A stretch of 41,132 bases of DNA from Myxococcota bacterium (GTDB lineage Bacteria; Myxococcota; SpSt-1050). This document shows positions 1 to 8,580 of the stretch, piece after piece. Position numbers and translations under genes: made by a program. The notes beneath the pieces were generated by a model that was not told the origin of the DNA, did no database searches, and saw nothing but the letters and a program-made list of their open reading frames with translations. The stretch covers positions 1-41,132 of the forward strand of contig JBMFOP010000014.1 in the NCBI GenBank assembly GCA_049969675.1, given 5' to 3'. Each line of letters opens with the position of its first letter. Position 1 is the stretch's first letter.

Positions 1-711
1 GAAGAGAATGCCGAGTTCGTATAAAAACAACAGAGGGATGCTCAGCAAAATTAGAGTCACTGCATCAGTTGTGGGGGTAACAACAGCAGCAAAGACGACT
101 ATGGCGACGATCGCATATCTCCTGTTTTTAGTAAAAAACTCAACAGACAGGATATTAAGAGTAATCAGGAAGAACATCACAAGTGGAAGTTCAAATAGGC
201 ATCCAAAAATAAGTAAAAGTGATATGGCGAGAGAGAAATATTCATTTATTGTAATTATCGGACTGAGATATTCAGCACCGAAACTCAAAAAGAACCTGAA
301 GGCATTCGGGAAGATCAGGAAGTAACCAAACAATGCACCACCTACAAAAAATAGGGTACCAAAAAGAACGAATAAAATAGTAAATCTCCTCTCCCTTTCA
401 TATAACGCCGGCCTGACAAATAGCCATATCTGATATAGAATTATCGGGCTTGCAATAAAGATTCCGGACACAAATGCAACTTTCAAAAAGAGGAAGAATG
501 GCTCCGTAATACCGGTAAAATAGAGATTTTTTGAATTATCAGGGAGCACCTCTTTAAGAGGTAAGAAAAGTATTTTAAATAACGAATCAGAAAAGATATA
601 TGATATTACAAATCCAATCAAAACAGCGGATAATGAGATTATTAGTCTCTTTCTCAACTCCTTTATATGAACAAGTAATGGGACCTCTCTATCCAGCCCT
701 TCCAGACTCAT
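1..711 (-). CDS. tatC: Twin-arginine translocase subunit TatC (3' end runs off the window; not in the ORF track)
   Basis: Manual translation from the ATG at 711 gives MSLEGLDREVPLLVHIKELRKRLIISL, followed by a multi-TM protein ending ...AAVVTPTTDAVTLILLSIPLLFLYELGILF at the edge. These match the TatC HLxELRxRL and TP-D...PLxxLYE motifs; lies downstream of a tatA/B gene. Confidence 0.95.
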   Translation of the reverse strand, partial: MSLEGLDREVPLLVHIKELRKRLIISLSAVLIGFVISYIFSDSLFKILFLPLKEVLPDNSKNLYFTGITEPFFLFLKVAFVSGIFIASPIILYQIWLFVRPALYERERRFTILFVLFGTLFFVGGALFGYFLIFPNAFRFFLSFGAEYLSPIITINEYFSLAISLLLIFGCLFELPLVMFFLITLNILSVEFFTKNRRYAIVAIVVFAAVVTPTTDAVTLILLSIPLLFLYELGILF

Positions 712-961
712 TATAATCCTTCTCTTCCTTCTGTGGTTCTGAACTATCCAATTTTGAGGAAGCCTCTCCGTCTGCCGTCTTTCTCAACTCCTCTTGAATG
801 TCCTCTCTCAGAATCTCATCTTTGAGACTCTGTTGAGCAGACATTATCTCTCTATATAACCTCCCCGCTCCACGCATCACCTCTGGAATCTTTTTATGAT
901 CAAAGAGAATTAGCATCAATATTAATATTACAATAATCTCCTGAATCCCAAGTCCAAACAT
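689..961 (-). CDS. Twin-arginine translocase TatA/TatB family subunit
   Basis: MFGLGIQEIIVILILMLILF N-terminal TM, then a KIPEVMRGAG amphipathic helix and a charged tail; adjacent to tatC. Confidence 0.88.
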   Translation of the reverse strand: MFGLGIQEIIVILILMLILFDHKKIPEVMRGAGRLYREIMSAQQSLKDEILREDIQEELRKTADGEASSKLDSSEPQKEEKDYNESGRAG

Positions 962-963
962 AA

Positions 964-1257
964 TTATTCATCTTTATTCAGTCTTGCCCTGAATGCAGGG
1001 GAAGGATGAAATGTAACCACCCTTCTGGGAGTAATAATTACCTCTTCACCTGTTCTCGGATTTCTCCCCTTCCTCGCCCTCTTCTGTCGTATAGAAAATC
1101 TGCCAAAATTAGAAATAAGTATATATTCCCCATCCCTTATCTTCTCTTTAAGAATATCAATAATCTGATTGACATAACCAATTGCCAGTACAGGGTCCAG
1201 CTCTACACCTATCCTTAAGAGGTGATTTGCAATTTCTTTACGGGTGATATTTGCCAT
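964..1257 (-). CDS. ihfA: Integration host factor alpha / HU family DNA-binding protein
   Basis: [39 protein letters not shown] is the IHF/HU signature; GGAGG RBS at 1264-1268. Confidence 0.85.
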   Translation of the reverse strand: MANITRKEIANHLLRIGVELDPVLAIGYVNQIIDILKEKIRDGEYILISNFGRFSIRQKRARKGRNPRTGEEVIITPRRVVTFHPSPAFRARLNKDE

Positions 1258-1279
1258 CTTTTACCTCCATATCAAGCTA

Positions 1280-1307
1280 ATTATATTAAACAATATTACT
1301 AAGTCAA
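1280..1307 (-). promoter_or_regulatory. Putative sigma70 promoter for ihf-tat operon
   Basis: Minus strand reads TTGACT-16 nt-TATAAT just upstream of the RBS. Confidence 0.6.
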
Positions 1308-1366
1308 TTCAATTATTTAATCTTTATTTTAGACTGGATTTGAGATATATCTACAAACTGGTTATT

Positions 1367-2764
1367 ATGAAATCAGAACGTATTTTAAAATTCATTTTAT
1401 TTTTTTCCATTGTTACATCAGCAGTGGCTGTTCTAATATTGGCACTATATCTTGATATACACCCCGATGAGGCATATTATTTCTCCTGGTCAGAATTTCT
1501 AAGAGCAGGGTATGTGGACCATCCACCTGTTATTGCATATACAGTCTGGCTCTCCAGAATGCTATTTGATGAAAATCTGAGCATAAGGGGAATCAATATA
1601 ATAATTGCGTTTATCTCACTCCTGTTTTTATACGGTTCAATTAGAAGAGTCTCTAATAATCGTGCCTCAGGTCCTGCTGTAATTATAATTGCACTATTCT
1701 CCCCTCTATTCATAACAGGTGCGGTAATTACCACGCCGGATACTCCCCTGATACTATTCGTATCCGCATATTTATACTTTTCGTTAAGGTCGTTTGAAGA
1801 AAGCAGCGGTTATATGATAAGCATCCTATCTGGAATCTCTCTCGGACTGGCAATGCTCTCCAAATATACTGCATTCTTTATACCTCTCTCCCTCTTAATT
1901 TTATCTTTCAGGCTCAAAAGAGGGAATAAAATCAGGGTCAAATTAATATTTATACCACTCATAATTTCAATTCTAATATATCTCCCAAATCTACTCTATA
2001 ATATTAATAATAACTTCAAGAGTTATCTATTCCAGTTGTCGCATGCTACATCCAATCCAACATTTGAACCATTAAAGACATTTTTCCCCTTTGTTATCTC
2101 TCAGATATTTATCTTCTCACCTTTTTTGTTTATCTTTTTTATCAAAAATATAAAGCATCTTATTGCAGGTGAGGATTTTAAGAAGACCTTCCTGCTGTAT
2201 ATATCAGGCACAACTTTCACAATATTAACTCTTCTTTCAATCTTCAAGCATGTTGAAGCCAATTGGGGGGCATTTGCATTTTTACCAATGCTAATTCTCA
2301 CTGCTGATGAATTCATCTATAAAAAAATAAATCTTATCTCTTCAATTATTTATCAGACAATTATCTTTATAATAATTCTTTCACACGCCCTCTTCTCTAT
2401 CCTGCCACTAAAACCAGATTTAGACCCTTTAACGCAGGTCAGGTTCTGGAGAAATACAGCAGAATTAATCCAGCAGAGTCTTCCGCCAGACAGAACAGTT
2501 GTAACATTCAGATATCAAATCTCATCGGAACTATACTATTATAGTAGAAGAAAGATTACCTCTCTATGTCTGGATAGAAGATTTATTAATGCCGAGATAG
2601 GTCTATCTGAGGCAAAGAACTGGGTTATGGTAGACTTCTTCCCAGCCAAAACTGCAAATGATATTACATTGAATATCTGTCCTGATAGCACCATCAGGAT
2701 TCCACTTGTAATTTCTAAAAATCTGAATATTATCCGAAGGATTGATGTAATTTATTGCAAATAA
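1367..2764 (+). CDS. GT-C glycosyltransferase family 39 (ArnT/PMT_2-like) membrane protein
   Basis: PDEAYY, GYVDHPP, TPDTP and LSKYT motifs with many TM segments. Start moved to ATG 1367 (MKSER) because the longer ORF overlaps ihf and its promoter. Confidence 0.88.
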   Translation: MKSERILKFILFFSIVTSAVAVLILALYLDIHPDEAYYFSWSEFLRAGYVDHPPVIAYTVWLSRMLFDENLSIRGINIIIAFISLLFLYGSIRRVSNNRASGPAVIIIALFSPLFITGAVITTPDTPLILFVSAYLYFSLRSFEESSGYMISILSGISLGLAMLSKYTAFFIPLSLLILSFRLKRGNKIRVKLIFIPLIISILIYLPNLLYNINNNFKSYLFQLSHATSNPTFEPLKTFFPFVISQIFIFSPFLFIFFIKNIKHLIAGEDFKKTFLLYISGTTFTILTLLSIFKHVEANWGAFAFLPMLILTADEFIYKKINLISSIIYQTIIFIIILSHALFSILPLKPDLDPLTQVRFWRNTAELIQQSLPPDRTVVTFRYQISSELYYYSRRKITSLCLDRRFINAEIGLSEAKNWVMVDFFPAKTANDITLNICPDSTIRIPLVISKNLNIIRRIDVIYCK

Positions 2765-2765
2765 G

Positions 2766-4556
2766 ATGTTTATTTATTTTAGACTGTTTAAATTTATCAG
2801 ACCTTATATACCCCACTTCACAGGTGCGGTTCTGGCGATGCTTCTTCTGGCGACCACGACCGCAATATATAGTTATCTCGTAGGACCACTATTGAAATAT
2901 ATTTTCATAGGTGAACAATCGGGTGATAGTACATTATTCAAATTTATTGGCATTTTTATACCTTATATCAGAGAGAAACCGGACAAAATTATATATATAC
3001 TACCTGTTTTTATTTTCATAGTTGGGTTATTAAAAGGTATTGCTTATGCAGCACAATTTTATCTTATGGGCTATATAGGTCAAAAAGTAATCTACGATAT
3101 TAGAAAAACGCTCTTTGAAAGATTACTTATACAGGATATTTGCTTTTTCTGGAACCACAACTCCGGTGACCTTACAAGTAGAATTACCACTGATTGTGAA
3201 AAGATAGAACAATCGGTGACATATGCATTGAGTTCTGCAATAAGAGATACCGTTCAGATAATAGTATTAATTGGTCTCTGTTTTTATCTGGATTACAAAC
3301 TTACTCTGATATCATTTGCAGCCCTTATAATAGCCGGGATTCCTCTCGGGATATTCGGTATAAAGCTCAAAAATACCACTATTGATGTACATAATAAACT
3401 TGGAGACATAGCCTCCTCCTCATCTGACTATATCAATGGTATTCAGACAATTCATCTCTTCCAGATAAGAGAGTATATCTATGAAATTTTTAAGCACAAA
3501 ATGGATCTCTTCTTTGGCGCTATGAAGAAATCTATATTTGTTCGTTCAATTCAATCCCCGATAATGGAGATTATAGGAGTAATCGGCATCTGTCTTACAA
3601 TTATCTATGCGAGAGAGAGGATAGCCTCAGGCGAGCTCAAACCAGAGAATTTTATCTCACTCTTTGCAACAATATTAATGATGTATAACCCGGTCAAAAA
3701 TGTATCGCGGATGAATAACTTTTTCACCTCCGGTCTGGCTGGTGCTAAAAGGGTATTTGATATTATTGACAATCCTGTTCAAATAATGGAAAATCCAGAC
3801 GGCATAGTCGTCAGAGATTTCAGGGAGATGATAGAATTACAGAATGTCACGATCTCGTTTAATCAGAGAGAGATACTAAGAGATATAAATATGCAAATTC
3901 AGAGAGGTAAGAAGATTGGAATAGCAGGGGAAAGTGGGACCGGTAAGAGCACATTGATACTCCTCATTACAAGAATGATAGAGCCTCAATCCGGGAAGAT
4001 ACTACTTGATAGAAAAGATATAAGGGATATAAGACTCTCTGACCTGCGAAATCTATTCTCGGTGGTATCTCAGGATGTAATCCTGTTTAACGATACCATT
4101 TACAACAATATCTTGATTGGAAAGACAGATGCCAGTAGAGATGAGGTAGAGGAGGCGGCAAAAAAGGCAAATCTATTGGATTTTATCAGATCTCTACCTG
4201 AAGGGTTTAATACCGAGATAGGAGAGAGGGGAATCAGGCTCTCAGGTGGAGAGAGACAGAGGATTTCAATTGCCAGGGCATTCTTAAAAGATGCACCTAT
4301 TATTATTCTGGATGAGGCTACAAGTTCACTTGATAGTAAGAATGAGGCATTCATTCAGGAGATTCTGGAGCATTTGATGTCAGAGAAGACCGCCATCATC
4401 ATCTCACATAGACTCTCTTTCTTGAAGGGATGTGATATCATTTATGTTATAAAAGGAAGCTCAATTGTGGAAAAGGGGAGTTTTGATGAGCTCATAAATT
4501 TAAGGGGGCTATTTTATTTTTACTATAATATGCAACAGAATCGAGCATTACAATGA
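2766..4556 (+). CDS. msbA: MsbA-like ABC exporter (fused TMD-NBD)
   Basis: N-terminal ABC TM domain; Walker A GESGTGKST, signature LSGGERQR, Walker B IIILDEATS, H-loop ISHR. Confidence 0.8.
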   Translation: MFIYFRLFKFIRPYIPHFTGAVLAMLLLATTTAIYSYLVGPLLKYIFIGEQSGDSTLFKFIGIFIPYIREKPDKIIYILPVFIFIVGLLKGIAYAAQFYLMGYIGQKVIYDIRKTLFERLLIQDICFFWNHNSGDLTSRITTDCEKIEQSVTYALSSAIRDTVQIIVLIGLCFYLDYKLTLISFAALIIAGIPLGIFGIKLKNTTIDVHNKLGDIASSSSDYINGIQTIHLFQIREYIYEIFKHKMDLFFGAMKKSIFVRSIQSPIMEIIGVIGICLTIIYARERIASGELKPENFISLFATILMMYNPVKNVSRMNNFFTSGLAGAKRVFDIIDNPVQIMENPDGIVVRDFREMIELQNVTISFNQREILRDINMQIQRGKKIGIAGESGTGKSTLILLITRMIEPQSGKILLDRKDIRDIRLSDLRNLFSVVSQDVILFNDTIYNNILIGKTDASRDEVEEAAKKANLLDFIRSLPEGFNTEIGERGIRLSGGERQRISIARAFLKDAPIIILDEATSSLDSKNEAFIQEILEHLMSEKTAIIISHRLSFLKGCDIIYVIKGSSIVEKGSFDELINLRGLFYFYYNMQQNRALQ

Positions 4557-5674
4557 AAGGTATAATAGCAAAATTCTTAATTGCACTACCTGTCATTTTC
4601 ATCGTTTATACTACATTAAGGATCGCACTCTATGACTTCCCGGTCTATGATATTAAGCAGCCACCGAATAGGAGGGCTGATGGAACCTATCATTATAAAG
4701 GGGCGATTCATCTGCATACAAATTACTCCAATGATGCAACAGGGACCATACCCGAAATCCTGCTTGCTGCCTCAAAGTCAGAACTCAATTTCGTCATTGT
4801 GACCGACCATAACAATCTGAATGCCAGAAAACATGAGGGATACAATCAGGGTGTACTTCTCATTGCAGGTATGGAGGTCTCCACCTCATATGGACACTTT
4901 CTTGCCTTTGGTATTGATGAACCACTAAAGGAGTCTGAAAAGAATGACTATTTTTTCAAATATGTAAAATCAAGAGGTGGATTTTCTATCATCGCCCATC
5001 CAACCAGTCCATCCAATCCATGGACAGATAAGAAGAATCTGGACTTTGATGGAGTTGAACTGATAAATCTCAAGACATATCTTGAAAACTCATTCAGACC
5101 CCCATTCTTGAGGGGTATTATATCCACCATATTTTCTACACTGAATTTTAGATGGTCTATGCTGAATCTAATGACATATCCGAAAAATGAGATGAAATTT
5201 TTATCAGAGGCACTCACAACACACCCGGTAGCAATCACCTGCGGAAGCGATGCCCATGGTAAACCTTCTTATGACAGAGTAATAGATTTCTGCATCAACC
5301 ACATCATAACCGACACACCTCTCACAAACAACTATGATATTGATAAAAAGATTATTCTCTCCGCTATAAGGAATGGTTCACTCTATATCGCAAGCGACTT
5401 CATTGCAAATGCTGACAATTTCTATATCTACATAGACCCGGACCCACAGGACAATACCCGCACACTCAAGGTTGGGATAAAGAATTTCCCTCAACAGGAC
5501 CTCTTGAAAATTAATGTATATGCAATGGATAAAAAGGTCTATTCCAGAAGAGGTAATTCGGCCACAATAAAAGGGATGCCCAATGAACATTTGAGAGTTG
5601 AAGTGATGATAGATGTCCCCTCAATCCTCTTCGGCTCAACAGAGATCCTCTGGATTACCGCGATTGTACTATAA
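4553..5674 (+). CDS. PHP-domain metallophosphoesterase with N-terminal membrane anchor
   Basis: HLHTNYSND, TDHN, GMEVST..GH, AHP and GSDAH PHP motifs; ATGA overlap with msbA. Confidence 0.85.
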   Translation: MKGIIAKFLIALPVIFIVYTTLRIALYDFPVYDIKQPPNRRADGTYHYKGAIHLHTNYSNDATGTIPEILLAASKSELNFVIVTDHNNLNARKHEGYNQGVLLIAGMEVSTSYGHFLAFGIDEPLKESEKNDYFFKYVKSRGGFSIIAHPTSPSNPWTDKKNLDFDGVELINLKTYLENSFRPPFLRGIISTIFSTLNFRWSMLNLMTYPKNEMKFLSEALTTHPVAITCGSDAHGKPSYDRVIDFCINHIITDTPLTNNYDIDKKIILSAIRNGSLYIASDFIANADNFYIYIDPDPQDNTRTLKVGIKNFPQQDLLKINVYAMDKKVYSRRGNSATIKGMPNEHLRVEVMIDVPSILFGSTEILWITAIVL

Positions 5675-5690
5675 AGTTGTGGTCTTGATT

Positions 5691-7706
5691 TTATCGTCTG
5701 TTCATTACAAACATCTCTAATATCAAAACAATTGCCGAGAGAAAAAGTATCAATTCTACAAGGCTGATACTTCCAAAACCAAGACCACTTAGAGGAGATG
5801 ATTCATCCATAATTAAAGACCGCCTTTTTAAATCTGTTATCTCCCGCTGCTCTACCCTTTTTAAGATGGACTCTTCTTTGTCAGCGTTTACAACTAACAA
5901 TACAGAGGATTTACCATATGAAATTATATAAAAGCCGGTCTCATCCGGTGATTTAAGTCCTAACACCATAGAACCATCAGCCTGGGTTCTACAAATTGCC
6001 TTCTGCTTAATCTCCTTCTTACCAGCAATGAGGAGATCACTCTCTTCACAGGAAATAACATTAAATGTGAACTCCTCCTCAGGTTTTGTATATATAACTT
6101 TCTTATCTGCCAATCCACCGAGCATCTTTTCAAAGAGTGTAGCAACAAATGGAATAAAAACCTTTCTGATGGGGAAGTCACTCATATCCATATCAATGGA
6201 GGTGGTATATAAAAGGACAGAGCCCTTCCCGATATCTCTTAACAATAAGAGTGGTTTACCAGACGAAATCCTTAACAACTCTACAGATTCTGGATAGAAA
6301 GAGACATCAAACAACTTCATTATTCTGACCCTCTTTAAGCCCTGTGAAAGGGAACTCAGAGATTCAAAGAATAGATTATCTGATATCTGAATAGATTCGC
6401 CGGCATCCACATCTATAAGGCTTTTAATCTTTCCGGGAATAAATCTAATGTTGTTGTAATCTGAAATGCTGATTCTACTCCCTAATGTAATGAAAAGCCT
6501 CCCACCATCTGTGATATATTTTAATAGGAGATCGGCCTTGAATTCATCAATCCTGTTTACATTACAAAGGGCTATCACATCGTATAGTTGCGGTGTATCC
6601 GGCAACATATCTTCAAGGACTGTATAGAGTTGAAGCGATTCACCAAAATAACTCAAAATGGCATTTTTTAGATAGAATATCTCACTTCTATTTTCATTGG
6701 ATGAAGGTTCTCCATTTACCAGAAGCACCTTCCCTTTCTTCCCTTCCTTGAAATATACATATTCAGTGTTGTCATATTCAAAATCATCCCCTTCTATCCT
6801 GAAGGAGAATAGATGCTCTCTCCTCTCTTCCCCGTTGGACTGAAAGAGGAATTCAACCTCACCATTTTCATCAGCAGGAAGGTTAATACTCTCGGTGGAA
6901 AGGAGTCTTTCTCCATCATAAAATTGTATACTGCCGTAAAACGCTGCTTCGCCCCCGTTTTTGACACTCACGATCGCCCTGTAAAAAGAGGATTCACCCT
7001 TCTCAAATCTGACCTGCTCTATAAATGCATTTGCGACAGATGGGAGTACTGGACTGATTATCTCTATATTATGTGATTTTGCAAAATCCCCTGCCTTTGA
7101 GATATCCCCTACAAAGTGTGAATACATATCAGAGACCAGAATCACCTTCCTGTAATTCTTATCCCTACTAAGGGATATCACTCCCTCCAATTCCTCAACC
7201 ATTTGAAAATTTCTATTCCCTATTATAATCTGTTTTACCCAATCTCCCTTCTTCAAATCCTCTGTACTCAAATCAAGATTAGTCCTGTTGGATAATGTAT
7301 AAATCGTGTTCTCCCTGCAGATATTCTCGTTTTGATTTAGATAATCTTCTATTGAAGAGGAGAGATATTCAAGCACCCTTTTTCCTCCTGCACGGACCAT
7401 AGATGAGGGTGAATTATCAATGATAAACATACATCTGTTATTCTTTTCACTCTTATTTGTTGTAGAACTAACAAATATGCCCGCAAACGCAATTATCACA
7501 AGGGCGAAGAGCATCATTCTCAATAAAATCAGGATAATAGAATGGAGTCGCTTCTTTTTTATTACCCTGCTCTTTATCTTCAAGATTATAGGGAGCGGGG
7601 CAAATAAGACTCTCTGTGGCCTCTTTATCCCAAATAGATGTATTATCACTGGTAAAATTACCAGCGCTAAGGCGTAAAGAAAGATGCTTTTCTCAAACCC
7701 AAACAT
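5691..7706 (-). CDS. BatA-like N-terminal double-TM protein with vWA-like, Ig/CARDB-like and GATase-like domains and C-terminal TM
   Basis: LPVIIHLF...LLRM N-terminus; IIDNSPSS (MIDAS-like) and ILVSD; DDFEYDN; GKGSVLLYT..D.SDFP; C-terminal TM ending E..V.NRR. Confidence 0.8.
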   Translation of the reverse strand: MFGFEKSIFLYALALVILPVIIHLFGIKRPQRVLFAPLPIILKIKSRVIKKKRLHSIILILLRMMLFALVIIAFAGIFVSSTTNKSEKNNRCMFIIDNSPSSMVRAGGKRVLEYLSSSIEDYLNQNENICRENTIYTLSNRTNLDLSTEDLKKGDWVKQIIIGNRNFQMVEELEGVISLSRDKNYRKVILVSDMYSHFVGDISKAGDFAKSHNIEIISPVLPSVANAFIEQVRFEKGESSFYRAIVSVKNGGEAAFYGSIQFYDGERLLSTESINLPADENGEVEFLFQSNGEERREHLFSFRIEGDDFEYDNTEYVYFKEGKKGKVLLVNGEPSSNENRSEIFYLKNAILSYFGESLQLYTVLEDMLPDTPQLYDVIALCNVNRIDEFKADLLLKYITDGGRLFITLGSRISISDYNNIRFIPGKIKSLIDVDAGESIQISDNLFFESLSSLSQGLKRVRIMKLFDVSFYPESVELLRISSGKPLLLLRDIGKGSVLLYTTSIDMDMSDFPIRKVFIPFVATLFEKMLGGLADKKVIYTKPEEEFTFNVISCEESDLLIAGKKEIKQKAICRTQADGSMVLGLKSPDETGFYIISYGKSSVLLVVNADKEESILKRVEQREITDLKRRSLIMDESSPLSGLGFGSISLVELILFLSAIVLILEMFVMNRR

Positions 7707-7709
7707 AAT

Positions 7710-8576
7710 CTATCTCTTCTCAAAAAACCTGATTAGAGTATCTCTCAAACTCAGATTTTCTGGACAGAGCAAATATCTGCCTTTTGCGGAGGTGGTTAAT
7801 ATATCATCTATCTCTTTAATATAGTCATTGAGAATATTCTTATAATCCTCCCAGATATTGTCAGACTGTATTAACAATTTGTTTTCAGAATCGGGGTCAA
7901 TAAACATCTTCAACCCCTTTAAATCTGGATTGAGTTCATTATCGTTGATTATATGAAAGATGTACTGAAATATACCTGTTGCAGAGATATTTCTTATATT
8001 CTCAATTACAACCTCTGGCTTTGAAAAGAGGTCTGAAAAAAGACATAATATAGAATTTCCGGGAACAATATCCAGAAGTCTTTCATACCTATAAATAAAA
8101 TCTCCCTTATTAAATCTCCTGTTAAGGAATATATCTGTCATCACCGGAATAATTGCATTTCCAGAGAATTCACCGACGGCAATTTTTTCATCATTCATTA
8201 TCAGATATACATCATCCTTCATTCTGATAAATATGTTTGATATAGCAACAATCAAAAGGACTGCTCTAAGGAATCTATTTTTCTCAGACATTGAATCTGT
8301 GGTGTCCAGAAAGATATATACCTGATTTCTCTTTGTATCATCAAACCGTTTTATAAAATATTTGTTACTCCTCAATAACACCTTCCAATCCACATATTTC
8401 AAATCATCTCCATAGACATAATCTCGGTAGTCAAGAAATTCTATATTATTCCCACCAACTCTGCTCTTATGAAGTCCGGATATCATCTCATCCAGTACTA
8501 TATCGGATTCAATTATTGCCTTTCTAAACTCTTCAAGCAGGTAAATTGTGTCTTTAATTTTAGAATCAAACTCCAT
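7710..8576 (-). CDS. DUF58 domain (vWA-associated) protein
   Basis: GLHKSRVGGNNIEFLDYRDYVYGDDLKYVDWK, FLDTTDSM and FSDLF; start placed at ATG 8576 just after the upstream stop. Confidence 0.88.
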   Translation of the reverse strand: MEFDSKIKDTIYLLEEFRKAIIESDIVLDEMISGLHKSRVGGNNIEFLDYRDYVYGDDLKYVDWKVLLRSNKYFIKRFDDTKRNQVYIFLDTTDSMSEKNRFLRAVLLIVAISNIFIRMKDDVYLIMNDEKIAVGEFSGNAIIPVMTDIFLNRRFNKGDFIYRYERLLDIVPGNSILCLFSDLFSKPEVVIENIRNISATGIFQYIFHIINDNELNPDLKGLKMFIDPDSENKLLIQSDNIWEDYKNILNDYIKEIDDILTTSAKGRYLLCPENLSLRDTLIRFFEKR

Positions 8577-8580
8577 ACAA

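Noticed and set aside
8..325. 105-aa plus-strand ORF
   Set aside because: Antisense shadow of tatC, which is clearly encoded on the minus strand.
1244..1366. Extended N-terminus of the GT-C ORF (similarly the extensions at 8642, 19716, 20434, 32509, 40880)
   Set aside because: The extensions overlap neighbouring genes or promoters; downstream ATGs have an RBS and/or give proper signal peptides.
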